From: Myxococcota bacterium
Lineage (GTDB): Bacteria; Myxococcota_A; UBA9042; PHBI01; JAWLBL01
Length of the DNA stretch: 64,000 bases
NCBI GenBank assembly: GCA_041687695.1
Contig: JAWLBL010000017.1
Coordinates: forward strand, 32,001-96,000
Reading direction: 5' to 3'
In this document: piece by piece, positions 20,630-35,579 of the stretch
Layout: the number at the start of each line of letters is the position of its first letter
Numbering within the stretch: position 1 is the first letter of the stretch
Translations under genes and position numbers: made by a program
The notes under the pieces: generated by a model
Told to the model about the DNA's origin: nothing
The model's database searches: none
What the model saw: only the letters and a program-made list of their open reading frames with translations

Positions 20630-22119
20630 GGCTGCCGCTCCGCGAACTGCTGGCGAGCCAGCTCGATGGCGCGCAGGACCGCGCGCGCCTTGCTGCGCGT
20701 CTCGTCCGCTTCGCGCTGGGGGACCGAGTCGTAGACGATGCCGGCGCCGGCCTGCACGTCGAAGCGGTCGCCGCTCGCGACCATCATGCGGATGGCGATG
20801 GCGAGATCCAGGTCGCCCTCGGCGCCGAGGGTGCCGACCGCGCCGCCATAGAAGCCGCGCCGCTCGGGCTCGAGCGCCTCGATGATCTCCATGGCGCGGA
20901 TCTTCGGCGCGCCGCTGAGCGTGCCGGCCGGGAAGGTGGCGCGGACGACGTCGGCGGGGCCGACCTCGGGCCGCGCGAGGCCGCGGGTGTGGCTGACGAG
21001 GTGCATGACGTGGCTGTAGCGCTCGATGATCATCTGGTGGGGGATCTCGACCGAGCCGGTCTCGGCGATGCGCCCGATGTCGTTGCGGGCGAGGTCGACC
21101 AGCATGACGTGCTCGGCGACCTCTTTGGGATCAGCCCGGAGCTCGGCGGCGAGGGCGGCGTCCTCCTCGGGCGTCGCGCCGCGCGGCCGCGTCCCGGCGA
21201 TGGGCCGCGTCTCTACGAGCGGGCCCGTCTTGCGGACGAGGACCTCGGGCGAGGCGCCAAGCAGCGTGAGCTCGCCCAGGTCCAGATAGAACATGTACGG
21301 CGACGGATTCAGCCCGCGCAGCGTGCGATAGACGAGAAAGGGGTGGAGGCCGGCCGCGGGCTGGTGGAAGCGCCGGCTGAGGACGACCTGGATGATGTCG
21401 CCCGCCGCGATGAGCTCGCGCGCCGCCTCGACGGCTGCGCCGTAGGCCTCGTCCGACATCGTCGAGCGGGGCTCGGGCGAGGGGCCTGCCGGGCTGAGGG
21501 GGAGAGCGGGCAACGGGCCGCCCAGGCGCGCTTCGGCCTCGTCGAGGGCGGCCTGCGCCTCGTCCCAGGCGCGATCGGCGTCCGCCGGTCCGGCGACCTC
21601 GGCCAGGACCACCAGCATGGCGCGGTGCTTGAGGTTGTCCCACACCAGGACGAGCCGCGTCTCCATGAAGACGAGGTCGGGGATCTCGGGACGCGGCGCG
21701 TTGCGTCGAGGCAGGCGCTCCATGAAGCGAACGGCGTCGTAGGCCAGCGCGCCGACGAGACCGCCGACGAAGCGCGGCAGGCCGGGGACGCGCGCCATGC
21801 GACGCTGGCCGACGCGGCGCGTCACCTCGGCCAGCGGGTCGGCGACGTCGACCGTCTCGACCGGCCGAGCGCCGTCGGGTCGATGGACCTCGAGCCGCCC
21901 CTCGCGCGCCACGTACACGGCCCTCGGCTCGGTCCCCATGAAGGTGTAGCGCGCCCACTGCTCGCCGCCCTCGACGCTCTCGAGCAGGAAGCTCCAGCGG
22001 CCGCGCCGCAGCTTCCAGAAGGCGGTGACCGGCGTCTCGAGGTCGGCGAAGACCTCGCGGGTGACCGGGATGAGCGTGTGGTCCGCGGCCAGGGCGCGGA
22101 AGGCGTCGCGATCCGTCAT
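20626..22119 (-). CDS. trpE: Anthranilate synthase component I
   Basis: [52 protein letters not shown]. Confidence 0.95.
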   Translation of the reverse strand: MTDRDAFRALAADHTLIPVTREVFADLETPVTAFWKLRRGRWSFLLESVEGGEQWARYTFMGTEPRAVYVAREGRLEVHRPDGARPVETVDVADPLAEVTRRVGQRRMARVPGLPRFVGGLVGALAYDAVRFMERLPRRNAPRPEIPDLVFMETRLVLVWDNLKHRAMLVVLAEVAGPADADRAWDEAQAALDEAEARLGGPLPALPLSPAGPSPEPRSTMSDEAYGAAVEAARELIAAGDIIQVVLSRRFHQPAAGLHPFLVYRTLRGLNPSPYMFYLDLGELTLLGASPEVLVRKTGPLVETRPIAGTRPRGATPEEDAALAAELRADPKEVAEHVMLVDLARNDIGRIAETGSVEIPHQMIIERYSHVMHLVSHTRGLARPEVGPADVVRATFPAGTLSGAPKIRAMEIIEALEPERRGFYGGAVGTLGAEGDLDLAIAIRMMVASGDRFDVQAGAGIVYDSVPQREADETRSKARAVLRAIELARQQFAERQP

Positions 22120-22183
22120 GGCGCGCACGATAACGCGAACCCCGCCCGAGCACTACGCCCTGCGCGGGGCCCCTCGCCCGGAC

Positions 22184-24436
22184 TCAATAACGATGGCGCA
22201 GCAAGGCCCCGAGCGCCTCGCGGATGGCGCGGCGCGGGTAGCGGTGCTGCTCCACGAGCCGGGCGATGATCTGCGCCCCGCGCTCGCGCTCGCTCGCGTC
22301 GAGCCGCTGGGCGGCCGGGTGCTTCTTGTCCGGCTCCTCTTCCTCGGCCAGCAGATCGAGCACCTGCTCGCTGAGCTTGCGGATGGTCGCCTTCTGCCGC
22401 TCGTAGTAGTCGCGCTCGAGCGCCTCGAAGAGCTTCGGGAACAGCCGCCGGTAGTTGATGGGCTCGCCCGGGAAGTCGATGCGCCACGCCCCGACCCGCG
22501 CGACGAGGTCGCGCCGGAACCGCGCCCGGTCGCTCGGCGCGTCCCAGATGCGCTCGAGGCGGTCCATCAGGTGCGTGTCGGGCGGCTCGGACTTGCCGGT
22601 CTTCTCGTTGTAGATCTTCTCGCCCTTGAGCAGATACGACACGTGCAGGATGTAGCGGCCGAACAGCTCCTCGTACTGCTCCTCGCTCACCAGCCCCATC
22701 GACGCCCGCACGTCGTTGTTCACGCGGTCCAGATACCGCTGGAACACCTGGTCGATGAAGGCGCCGTGATCGTGGTAGCCGCCCTGCGGCTCGATCTTCA
22801 GGAACTCGTAGACGCTGCGGTTCTTCACCAGGGCGCGCAGCTCGTCGAAGATGGCCAGCGCGCTGAGCCCGTAGTAGCGCTCGTTCTGGTAGGCATGCAG
22901 CATCGCCTGCTTCATCTCGCGCGGTGACGCGCCGAAGGCCCCCTCGTAGTCGGGGTCGTCCTGACCTTCGGCCAGCATGTCCGCCAGGATCGCGCGGAGC
23001 TCTCGCGACTGCTCCGGCGTCAGGTCGGGGGGCTCGCGCTCGCCGGCGTACAGCTCGGCCTTCTCGATGGGCTTGAGCCGCGCGACCACCTCTCGGATCC
23101 CGCTCGGGTAGTTCTCGGCCCGCGGTCGCTTCAGGCGCGTCAGCACGGCCCACAGGGCGACGATGAACGTCGCGTGCGGTCCGACCATGTCCTCCATCCC
23201 GCCGGCGCGGATCTGCTCGTCGTAGATGGCCTGCTCGACCTTGTAGTCGCGCAGGTAAGGCATCTTGACCAGATCCATGCGTCCCTTGAACGAGGTGAAG
23301 TCCTGGTACTCCTTGAAGGCGTTCAGGTGCTTCTCGTTGGAGCTCGCCAGGAACAGCTCGTCGAGGTGCAGGATGGCGTTGGGCAGCGTCACCGTGCCCT
23401 TCTCGCAGGTCGCCAGCAGGTACTTGAAGGCGTCGAGCGGCTTCTTCAGGAGATCGTTGTACTCGACCACGCCGCGGTTGCCGTCCACGAGGTCGCCCGC
23501 GGGCTCGTAGAGACTCAGCGAGCGCAACGACGGCGGCAGCGCGTGCAGGCCCTGGTCCATCGTCAGCTGCCGAATGGTGGCGTCGACGTGCATCTGGGGC
23601 TCGATGGTCACGGCCCCGACCCGATAGCGACGCGAGAAGTAGAACCGCTCGACCTGGATGTGCTGGAGGACGCGCTGCAGGTCCCCGGAGTAGGCGGTCA
23701 GAAGGGCGTCCGCGATGGAGCGCGAGCGCGGCGACAGATCCCCGTCCAGCAAGTACTCGCCGATCTGCATGCTCTCGGGCAGGCGCCCCCGCTCGCGCAG
23801 CTCGTCGAACACCCGCCGCCGGTCCTCGCGCGGCAGCAGCAGCAGCGGGTGATCCTTGAGGTCGCCCTGTAGCCGCGCGTCCACGTCCTCGTCCTCGAGG
23901 TGCGCGAAGCTGGTCAGCGAGCGCGAGCCCTCGCCCGAGAAGCCGAGGCGCTTTTTGGCCACGTTCGCCGACGGGAACACCCAGTTGAACCGGTAGATCG
24001 CCCCCTCGTCGGTCCCCGAGTAGTGCTCGAGGGCGCGCATGATGCACTGGATGAACGAGCTCTTGGCCGAGCCGTTGGGACCGTGCAGGAGCAGCAGCCG
24101 GGTCACCCGCCCGTCGCGGATGAAGTTGGTGAGGAGCCGGAAGATCGCGTTCTGGGCCGACTCTTGACCGACCAGTCGGTACTTGCCGTCGTCCCACGGG
24201 CAATCGAACAGCCGGAACCGCGTCACGGTCCCTTCGGGCCGCGTCAGCTCGACCCGGCCGTAGTGGTCCATGCAGTCGAGGACGTACTGCGCCGCCGTCC
24301 GACAGTGCGGGACGGGGTTGTCGCAGAACGCCTCGAAGAACTCGTCGAAGCTGAGCACGCGCCGATTGGCCGCGAAGGCCCGCCGGGTGTCCGCCTCGAT
24401 TCTCCTGAGAACGTCGAGCGCTTCCGCCGATGCCAT
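22184..24436 (-). CDS. PrkA/YeaG-family AAA serine protein kinase-like protein
   Basis: LLLHGPNGSAKSS P-loop variant, DHPLLLLP, GNRGVVEYNDLLK, SSNE, FKGRM..VKMPY, GASPRE. Confidence 0.8.
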   Translation of the reverse strand: MASAEALDVLRRIEADTRRAFAANRRVLSFDEFFEAFCDNPVPHCRTAAQYVLDCMDHYGRVELTRPEGTVTRFRLFDCPWDDGKYRLVGQESAQNAIFRLLTNFIRDGRVTRLLLLHGPNGSAKSSFIQCIMRALEHYSGTDEGAIYRFNWVFPSANVAKKRLGFSGEGSRSLTSFAHLEDEDVDARLQGDLKDHPLLLLPREDRRRVFDELRERGRLPESMQIGEYLLDGDLSPRSRSIADALLTAYSGDLQRVLQHIQVERFYFSRRYRVGAVTIEPQMHVDATIRQLTMDQGLHALPPSLRSLSLYEPAGDLVDGNRGVVEYNDLLKKPLDAFKYLLATCEKGTVTLPNAILHLDELFLASSNEKHLNAFKEYQDFTSFKGRMDLVKMPYLRDYKVEQAIYDEQIRAGGMEDMVGPHATFIVALWAVLTRLKRPRAENYPSGIREVVARLKPIEKAELYAGEREPPDLTPEQSRELRAILADMLAEGQDDPDYEGAFGASPREMKQAMLHAYQNERYYGLSALAIFDELRALVKNRSVYEFLKIEPQGGYHDHGAFIDQVFQRYLDRVNNDVRASMGLVSEEQYEELFGRYILHVSYLLKGEKIYNEKTGKSEPPDTHLMDRLERIWDAPSDRARFRRDLVARVGAWRIDFPGEPINYRRLFPKLFEALERDYYERQKATIRKLSEQVLDLLAEEEEPDKKHPAAQRLDASERERGAQIIARLVEQHRYPRRAIREALGALLRHRY

Positions 24437-24532
24437 GGGGGACCTGCTTTCGTCCGGCCGAGGGGTTGACGGGCCATGGATGCCACCGATCGAGGCGCGG
24501 GGAAAGGGAGCGGTCGACCCACGGGCCCGTCG

Positions 24533-25018
24533 TCAGGGCGTGACCGTCACCTTCACCTCGACGTTGGTCTTCTCGATGAGGCACGTCGTGTCGTTGCACA
24601 CGCTGAAGCGCGCCTCGGCGGTCAACGTCTCCTCGCCCGCCGTCTTGGCGGACACGGGGATGGTGACGGTGGCCTTCTCGTCGGTCGCCTTGAAGTCGCC
24701 CTTGAGCTGGTGGAAGGCCGTCTTGCCAAGCTCGACCTTGCCCCCGGCCTGACCGAACGTCAGCTTGGCCGGATACTCCAGGTTCCACTTGAACCCGGCC
24801 GCCGGCTTGAACGTCACGGTCGCCGTCGCGCTGGCCCCGGCCTTCACCTCGGGGCTGTCGACCGTCACCGTCGCCTTGGGACCGTCCTGCGCGGCGGGCG
24901 CCGCCTCGGGGCTCTGGGCCGGTGCGGTCGCTGGCTCGGCGTTCGGCGTCTCGTTCGCCTGGGACTTGCAGGCGGTGACGACGAGCAGCGTTCCGAGGAC
25001 GATCGAGGACAGCTTCAT
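24533..25018 (-). CDS. Lipoprotein with DsbD-alpha-like Ig domain (CxxxxC)
   Basis: Lipobox VTAC; GFKWNLEYP and FSVCNDTTC motifs. Confidence 0.55.
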   Translation of the reverse strand: MKLSSIVLGTLLVVTACKSQANETPNAEPATAPAQSPEAAPAAQDGPKATVTVDSPEVKAGASATATVTFKPAAGFKWNLEYPAKLTFGQAGGKVELGKTAFHQLKGDFKATDEKATVTIPVSAKTAGEETLTAEARFSVCNDTTCLIEKTNVEVKVTVTP

Positions 25019-25257
25019 TCGGGTGCTCCAGCGCAACGTGAGGACCTCCCGTGGACCGTTGGTGACCGGCCGGCGACCTGCCTACCGGCGACGGGCCTCG
25101 TGGGCCGGGCGACAGACCCGGGACCTACCAGAAATATTCACCTCAGGCAAACCTCGGGGCCGCGTCCGCCCCCGTCCGTCGCAGCCCCGAGAGGCTTGAA
25201 ATGCAAGCCCTTTCCGAATACTTGCCCCGACCGCCCCCCTGGGTATCATCCCGCGCC

Positions 25258-25920
25258 ATGGCGACCCGACTCCTGCTCCCCCTGGCGGTCTTCGGCGTGG
25301 GCTTCGGCCTGGGCTATGGCCTCACCTTCTTCCTCGTCGACGAACCCGACGCCACCGCGACCCAGGCCAGCGTCGCCGCGACCACGGAGCCGGGCGTGCA
25401 GGTCGACGCACCGAGCGCGCTCGCCAGCGACACCGCCCTTCCGCTTGGGCGGGGCGCGGCCGGTGACGGGGAACTGCCGACGGAAGCCAGCGAGGACGGC
25501 GACGAGGAGCGCGTGAAGGCCACCCCGGACCCCGCCCCGGCGGACGACCAGGGCGACGCCGAGGCCGGTTCCCCAGACAGCCCCCCAGCCCCCCCCGAAG
25601 CCGCCGCGCCGCCCTGGTGGGACGCGTGCCGTGGCAAGCGCTGCCTGGTGGACTTCGGAGGCCTCACGGGGGGGCTCAGCGTGCGGCGAGGCTCGGTCGA
25701 ACACGGCGCGGTGGTCGACTGGGACAAGGACTTCGCGGGGGCCAAGCGCATCGAGGTCCTCCCGACGGACGCGGCCCTGCGGGTTCAGGTGGTCGCCATC
25801 GCGCTCGACGTCCAGGGCCGCCCGGCCGCTGCCCAGATCGAGTGGCGCCGCGGCGGCGACACGCTGGCCGGCGTCATCGCCCTGTCCGTCGGCGACAAGC
25901 AGGTGACGATGCGGCCCTGA
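25258..25920 (+). CDS. Hypothetical membrane-anchored protein (N-terminal TM, acidic linker, small C-terminal domain)
   Basis: Hydrophobic N-terminal segment and coding-like GC3 bias. Confidence 0.55.
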   Translation: MATRLLLPLAVFGVGFGLGYGLTFFLVDEPDATATQASVAATTEPGVQVDAPSALASDTALPLGRGAAGDGELPTEASEDGDEERVKATPDPAPADDQGDAEAGSPDSPPAPPEAAAPPWWDACRGKRCLVDFGGLTGGLSVRRGSVEHGAVVDWDKDFAGAKRIEVLPTDAALRVQVVAIALDVQGRPAAAQIEWRRGGDTLAGVIALSVGDKQVTMRP

Positions 25921-26301
25921 CCCAGCGCCGCCCCCGCGCGCGCCGCGTCGCTTCGGATCGGACCGCCCGTGTCAGCTCGCAACTGAATGATATCCCTAGA
26001 CAAGTCGCCGAACGCGGGCCGCGCGCCACCCGGCTCGACGTGGGCGGATTCCTCAATCGGATCGATCACTTAGCGGTTCCGGGCGACGCCGCGTAAGTCC
26101 GTGATCATTGAGCGATTTTTTCGATCCGAGGGCGTTGACGGCCGATCCGCGTTCTGATCTACTCCCGTTCAAATTTTGACGACGACCTCGCGCGCCCCGA
26201 TAACGGGGCTGGCACTCCGGGATCCCAGCCTCCTTGGGCGGTGGGCGCCGGAGTGTCGCGTCGCGCGGGCCGACGCGACAGGACGGGGAGGGACACGACC
26301 G

Positions 26302-26784
26302 ATGGAGCCGCTACGCAAGGATGACCCGAACGACGCGCCCGGGGGCGAGCGCCGGCAGCGCAAGAGCCGCAACCGCCCGCGCACCATCGCGGGGCGCCGG
26401 CTGTCGCGGGCCGAGATCGAGGAGGGCATCCGCCTCGTCGACGAGATGTGGTACGAGCGGCCGAAGACGCGCGCGGACTGCGCCGAGGGACCGCGTCCCT
26501 GTCCCTTCGTCAGCTGCAAGTATCACCTGTACCTCGACGTCAAGGACGACACGCACTCCATCAAGCTGAACTTCCCCCACCTCGAGGTGTGGGAGATGGA
26601 GCACACCTGCTCGCTCGACCTGGCGGAGCGGGGTGGCATGACGCTCGAGGACGTCGGCCACATCATGAACCTGACGCGCGAGCGCGTGCGCCAGGTCGAG
26701 GTCGCCGGCATCGAGAAGCTGCGCGAGACGGGCCTCATCGAGGACATCGAGCGCGTGTTCGGCTCCCTGCGTAAGTTCCAGTAG
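26302..26784 (+). CDS. asgB: AsgB-like DNA-binding protein (Cys/His-rich domain + sigma-70 region 4 HTH)
   Basis: 160 aa; RPKTRADC...[15 protein letters not shown] and [21 protein letters not shown] (sigma region 4.2-like); GGGAGG RBS; size and architecture match myxobacterial AsgB as recalled. Confidence 0.7.
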   Translation: MEPLRKDDPNDAPGGERRQRKSRNRPRTIAGRRLSRAEIEEGIRLVDEMWYERPKTRADCAEGPRPCPFVSCKYHLYLDVKDDTHSIKLNFPHLEVWEMEHTCSLDLAERGGMTLEDVGHIMNLTRERVRQVEVAGIEKLRETGLIEDIERVFGSLRKFQ

Positions 26785-26901
26785 CCCTTCGGGGATCGAG
26801 GGCGGCGCGGGCGTCCCCGTCCACGCCGACGCACCCTTCGGCTTGCCCCACCCGACCGGCCGTGCTACGCGGGCCGCACCCTTTGGCTGGGAGGCGGCCC
26901 C

Positions 26902-28485
26902 ATGCATCGCGTGCGCCGAGCGCTGCTGAGTGTGTCCGACAAGACGGGCCTGGTGGACTTCGCGCGCGCCCTCGCGGCGCGCGGCGTGGCGTTGGTCTCG
27001 ACCGGCGGGACCGCAAGGGCCCTGCGCGAGGCCGACCTCCCCGTGACTCCGGTCCAGGTCGTCACCGGCTTCCCCGAGATGATGGACGGACGCGTCAAGA
27101 CGCTCCATCCCGCCGTCCACGGCGGCATCCTGGCGCGCCGGGATGTCCCGGACGACCTCGAAGCGCTCGAGGGCATCGACGCCGGCTGCATCGATCTGGT
27201 CGTCGTGAACCTCTATCCGTTCCGCGAGACCATCGCCCGGGCCGACGTCACCCCCGACGAGGCCATCGAGCAGATCGACATCGGCGGTCCGGCCATGGTG
27301 CGATCGGCGGCGAAGAACCACGCGTGGGTCGGTGTCGTGACGCGACCCGCCGACTATGCCGAGGTCCTCTCTGGCCTCGACGCCAACGACGGGGTACTCC
27401 CGGAGCCGCTCCGCCGGCGCCTGGCTGCGGCGGCCTTCGCGCACACCGCCGCCTACGACGCCACCGTCGCCGCCTGGATGGCCTCGCAGGTCGCAGCGGA
27501 CGAGGGCGAGCCGGCCGACGCCCCGCCGCGGGTGTGGGGCCAGCCCGTCGAGCGCCTGGCCACCCTGCGCTACGGCGAGAACCCGCACCAGATGGCCGGG
27601 CTCTACGCCGCCGCCGGCCCACGCGTGGGCCTGACCAGCGCCCAACAGCTCCAGGGCAAGGAGCTGTCCTACAACAACTGGCTGGACGCCGACGCGGCCG
27701 TGGCGCTCGCCCGGGACGTGGGCCCCACCGGCGTCGCCATCGTCAAGCACAACAACCCCTGCGGGGCCGCCCGCTCGCCGCGCTCGCTGCTCGAAGCCTA
27801 CGAGCTCGCCCGCGCCTGTGACCCCGTCAGCGCCTTCGGTGGCATCGTGGCGACCTCGGGCGTGCTCGACGTCGAGCTGGCCCAGGCGCTGGCCGACACG
27901 TTCCTCGAGGTCATCGTCGCCTCCGAGGTGACCGCCGAGGCGCGCGCCGTCCTCGGTCGCAAGAAGAACCTGCGCGTCCTCGTCCTCCCGGCTGCAGCCT
28001 GGCCCGTGCAGGGCCGCGTGCTCGAGCCGCGCGCCATCCACGGCGGCCTGCTGGTCCAGGAGCGTGACCCCGGCGGCGTCGACGTGCGTCGAGCCCGCGT
28101 CGTCACGCAGCGCGCTCCCACCGACGAGGAGTGGCGGTCGCTCGAGTTCGCCTGGACCGTGGCCCGGCACGTCAAGTCCAACGCCATCGTGTTCGCCCGC
28201 GGCGACCGCACGGTGGGCGTCGGCGCCGGTCAGATGAGCCGCGTCGACAGCACGCGCATCGCCGCCATCAAGGCGCGCGAGACCGATCCGGCGGGGCTCG
28301 TCGGGTCGGGCGTCGCCTCCGACGCGTTCTTCCCCTTCGCGGACGGCGTGCTCGCCGCCGCCGAGGCCGGCGCCACCGCCCTCATCCAGCCCGGCGGGTC
28401 CATCCGCGACGACGAGGTCATCGCCGCGGCCGACGCCCAGAACCTCGCGATGGTCTTCACCGGGCGCCGGCATTTCAAGCACTGA
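26902..28485 (+). CDS. purH: Bifunctional AICAR transformylase/IMP cyclohydrolase
   Basis: [53 protein letters not shown]. Confidence 0.97.
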   Translation: MHRVRRALLSVSDKTGLVDFARALAARGVALVSTGGTARALREADLPVTPVQVVTGFPEMMDGRVKTLHPAVHGGILARRDVPDDLEALEGIDAGCIDLVVVNLYPFRETIARADVTPDEAIEQIDIGGPAMVRSAAKNHAWVGVVTRPADYAEVLSGLDANDGVLPEPLRRRLAAAAFAHTAAYDATVAAWMASQVAADEGEPADAPPRVWGQPVERLATLRYGENPHQMAGLYAAAGPRVGLTSAQQLQGKELSYNNWLDADAAVALARDVGPTGVAIVKHNNPCGAARSPRSLLEAYELARACDPVSAFGGIVATSGVLDVELAQALADTFLEVIVASEVTAEARAVLGRKKNLRVLVLPAAAWPVQGRVLEPRAIHGGLLVQERDPGGVDVRRARVVTQRAPTDEEWRSLEFAWTVARHVKSNAIVFARGDRTVGVGAGQMSRVDSTRIAAIKARETDPAGLVGSGVASDAFFPFADGVLAAAEAGATALIQPGGSIRDDEVIAAADAQNLAMVFTGRRHFKH

Positions 28486-28543
28486 GCGCGCGCCGACGCT
28501 CGCTCCCGAGTTCCCCGACCGCGCTCAGCGAGGAGGCGTCGCG

Positions 28544-29818
28544 ATGAAGATCCTGGTCGTCGGCAACGGCGGGCGCGAGCACGCCCTGGCCTGGAAGCTG
28601 GCTCAATCCCCGCGCTGCTCGCGGCTCTTCGTGACCCGGCCCAACGCGGGCCTGCGGACGCTCGGGACGCCCGTCGACCTCGCCCCCGACGACGTACCGG
28701 GCCTGCTGGCGTTCGCCCGCGCCGAAGGCATCGACCTGACCGTGGTCGGCCCCGAGCGGCCCCTCACCCTGGGGCTGGTCGACGCCTTCGAGGCCGCCGG
28801 CCTGCGCGCGTTCGGGCCGCGTCGCGACGCCGCGCGCCTCGAGGGATCCAAGGCCTTCGCCAAGGCCGTGATGACGACCGCTGGCGTACCCACCGCCGCC
28901 TACGCTGTGTTCGACTCGCTCGACCCCGCGCGCGCCTGGGTCAGGCAGCTGGGTCGGGGCGTAGCCGTCAAGGCGGACGGCCTCGCCGCCGGCAAGGGCG
29001 TCGTCCTGTGCCACACGCCCGACGAGGCCGACCAGGCGCTGGCCGAGATGCTGGAGGGCAGCGCCCTCGGCGAGGCGGGCCGGCGGGTGGTCGTCGAGGA
29101 GCTGCTCGAGGGCGAGGAGGCCAGCTTCATCGCGGTCTGCGACGGCCAGACGGTGGTGCCCCTGGCCTCGAGCCAGGACCACAAGCGGGTGGGGGAGGGC
29201 GACAACGGCCCCAACACCGGGGGCATGGGCGCCTATTCGCCGGCGCCGGTGGTCACCTCGGCGCTGGCCGACGAGATCATGCAGCGGGTGATGATCCCCA
29301 CCGTCGAGGCCCTGCGCGCCGACGGGACGCCCTTCGTCGGGTTCCTGTACGCCGGCGTCATGGTCACGCCCGATGGCATCCGGGTCCTCGAGTTCAACGC
29401 TCGGCTCGGAGACCCCGAGGCTCAGGTGCTGCTCGTCCGGCTGCAAACGGACCTCGTCGACGTGCTCGAGGCGGCGATCGACGAGCGCCTCGACCGCGTC
29501 AGCCTCGACTGGGATCCCCGCTCGGCGCTGACGGTGGTCATGGCGGCCGAGGGCTACCCCGGCACGGTACGGACCGGCGACCCCATCGAGGGTCTCGAGG
29601 CCGCGGCGGCGCTGCCCGACGTCCAGGTCTTTCACGCCGGCGCTCGCGCCCACGAAGGCCAGGCCGTGACCGCGGGCGGCCGGGTCCTGACCGTCACGGG
29701 CCTCGGCGCCTCCGTCGCCGAGGCGGCCCAGCGCGCCTACGCGGCGGTCGACCTCATCACCTGGCCGGGCGTCCACTTCCGCCGCGACATCGGCTGGCGG
29801 GCCATCGGCCGATCCTGA
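28544..29818 (+). CDS. purD: Phosphoribosylamine--glycine ligase
   Basis: [55 protein letters not shown]. Confidence 0.97.
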   Translation: MKILVVGNGGREHALAWKLAQSPRCSRLFVTRPNAGLRTLGTPVDLAPDDVPGLLAFARAEGIDLTVVGPERPLTLGLVDAFEAAGLRAFGPRRDAARLEGSKAFAKAVMTTAGVPTAAYAVFDSLDPARAWVRQLGRGVAVKADGLAAGKGVVLCHTPDEADQALAEMLEGSALGEAGRRVVVEELLEGEEASFIAVCDGQTVVPLASSQDHKRVGEGDNGPNTGGMGAYSPAPVVTSALADEIMQRVMIPTVEALRADGTPFVGFLYAGVMVTPDGIRVLEFNARLGDPEAQVLLVRLQTDLVDVLEAAIDERLDRVSLDWDPRSALTVVMAAEGYPGTVRTGDPIEGLEAAAALPDVQVFHAGARAHEGQAVTAGGRVLTVTGLGASVAEAAQRAYAAVDLITWPGVHFRRDIGWRAIGRS

Positions 29819-30262
29819 TCCGCCATCGGCCCGCCCCACCGTCCCGCGCCCGGGTCCCTACCTCCGCAGCGCCAACGGCTGGCGCGCCATCGACCCATCC
29901 TGATCCGCCGTCGGCCCGCCCGGCCGTCCCGCGCCCGGGTCCCCACCTCCGCCGCGCCAACGCCTGGGCGCCATCGGCCCATCCTGATCCGCCGTCGGCC
30001 CGCCCCACCGAACCGCGGCCGGGCGTCCACCTCCGCCGCGCCAACGCCTGGCGCGCATGCGGCCCATCCTGACCCGCCGTCGACCCGCCCGGCCGTCCCG
30101 CGCCCGGGCCCCCACCTCCGCCGCGCCAACGCCTGGCGCGCATGCGGCCGATCCTGATCCGCCGTCGGCCCGCCCCACCGAACCGCGGCCGGGCGTCCAC
30201 CTCCGCCGCGCCTACGCCTGGCGCGCATGCGGCCGCTCCTGATCCGCCGTCGGCCCGCCGTA
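29762..30262. repeat. Degenerate tandem repeat, about 6 copies of an 84-85 bp unit derived from the purD 3' end
   Basis: ATCCTGA-like anchor (CTCCTGA in the last copy) recurs at 29812, 29897, 29981, 30066, 30151, 30236. Confidence 0.92.
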
Positions 30263-30474
30263 CCGACCTGGGCAGTCTCGAGGGATCCGCGGTGGCGGGC
30301 CCCTCATTCGATTCCCCGCGAGCGACAGCCGCGCCGTCTGGTCGGCTCGGTCCAGGCCTCCCCGCCGTTCGGCTCGTGCGTGGTGCGCGGCTGGCGCGTT
30401 CTTGACCGCCTTTCGAAACGACGAAGGCCGACCCTGCTGGGCCGGCCTCCGATGCAGACAGCGCTGTCCGTGAC

Positions 30475-32949
<2,475 letters not shown>

Positions 32950-33149
32950 GGAAGGCTTCGTTCCTCTCGGGCCGGGGTGAGCGCGTTCGGACCAGAGGAA
33001 GGACCGCGGCGCCCTGGGTCAACCCGGGTGGGTATGCGTCGGGCCGCGCCCTCGCGAGGGGGACGCGGCCCGTGTGCTTCAGACAGGATAGGATGTCGCC
33101 TCGGCCTGGCCAGGATCCAGTCTGCTCGGTTCCCAGCCCGCCGGAGGGG

Positions 33150-34475
<1,326 letters not shown>

Positions 34476-34985
34476 CGGTCAGCTCCCTATGCACCCGATG
34501 AACTCGGGACGACTCGCATCGACCTCGCGCCCCGGCGCGCGGATGCCCAGCGCGCGGGGGGGCGCTCCCGAGCCCCTGCTCGAGGGGCCCGGTCATGAGC
34601 GAGCCCGAGCGACGGTCACGAGGGACCTCCCGTTCGGCTGCCCAACTCCAGGATTCTCGGACAATCAACGTCACCCTGAGGCCCTTTGTTCCACCCGCGC
34701 GGGCACGGCTGCGCGGGCTCTCGAGACGTTCGGTGACCATAGCCCATGGGTCACCCGAACACAACGTCCTCACCCGCGCACCGGGCCGCTGAGAGCGGCC
34801 AAGCATGCGGATTCTCTGTGGTTCGAGCGCCCCGTTGGGCGATCCCCGGGAGGCCCGCGCGACGCCGTCGCCGGACCCACCAGGCCGACCCTAAGGACGC
34901 GCCCCGCCGCGACAACCCCCCAGCGAGGAGGGCGTCGCGCGAGGCGCCGTCGTGTCTCGGAGCCAAGGGCACGGTTCGGCTGGGT

Positions 34986-35570
34986 TCAGGACTTGCGGGT
35001 GATGATGCGGTCGATGAGCCCGTACTCGACGGCCTGGTCCGGGCGCAGGAAGAAGTCGCGGTCCGTGTCCTCGTGCAGCTTCTCGACCGTCTGGCCGGTG
35101 CACACGTTGAGGACCTCGAGGATCTGCTTCTTCATGAAGAGGATCTCGCGGGCGGCGATGTCGATGTCCGTCGCCTGGCCGCCCAACCCGCCCAGGGGCT
35201 GGTGCAGCATCAGGCGCGAGTGGGGCAGGGCGAAGCGCTTGCCCTTGGAGCCCGCGGCGAGGAGGACCGCCGCCATGCTCGCGGCCTGCCCGATGCAGAT
35301 GGTCGAGATGTCGCACCCGACGAACTGCATCGTGTCGTAGATGGCGAGGCCGGCCGTGATCGAGCCGCCAGGCGAGTTGATGTAGAGGTGGATCTCCTTC
35401 TCGGGGTCCTCGCTCTCGAGGAAGAGCAGCTGCGCGATCACCACGTTGGCCACGAGATCGTCGATCTCGCTGCCGAGGAAGATGATGCGGTCCTTCAGCA
35501 GGCGCGAGAAGAGACCCCACTCGCGCTCGCCGCGGTGGGTCTGCTCGATGACGGTCGGGATCAGGGTCAT
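34986..35570 (-). CDS. clpP: ATP-dependent Clp protease proteolytic subunit
   Basis: [40 protein letters not shown]. Confidence 0.97.
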   Translation of the reverse strand: MTLIPTVIEQTHRGEREWGLFSRLLKDRIIFLGSEIDDLVANVVIAQLLFLESEDPEKEIHLYINSPGGSITAGLAIYDTMQFVGCDISTICIGQAASMAAVLLAAGSKGKRFALPHSRLMLHQPLGGLGGQATDIDIAAREILFMKKQILEVLNVCTGQTVEKLHEDTDRDFFLRPDQAVEYGLIDRIITRKS

Positions 35571-35579
35571 GCGTAGTCC

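Noticed and set aside
22120..22183. trp attenuator/leader peptide
   Set aside because: Only 64 bp, with no Trp-codon leader ORF or terminator T-run
29762..30262. Possible CRISPR array
   Set aside because: The whole 85-bp unit repeats with no unique spacers, it derives from purD coding sequence, and no cas genes are present
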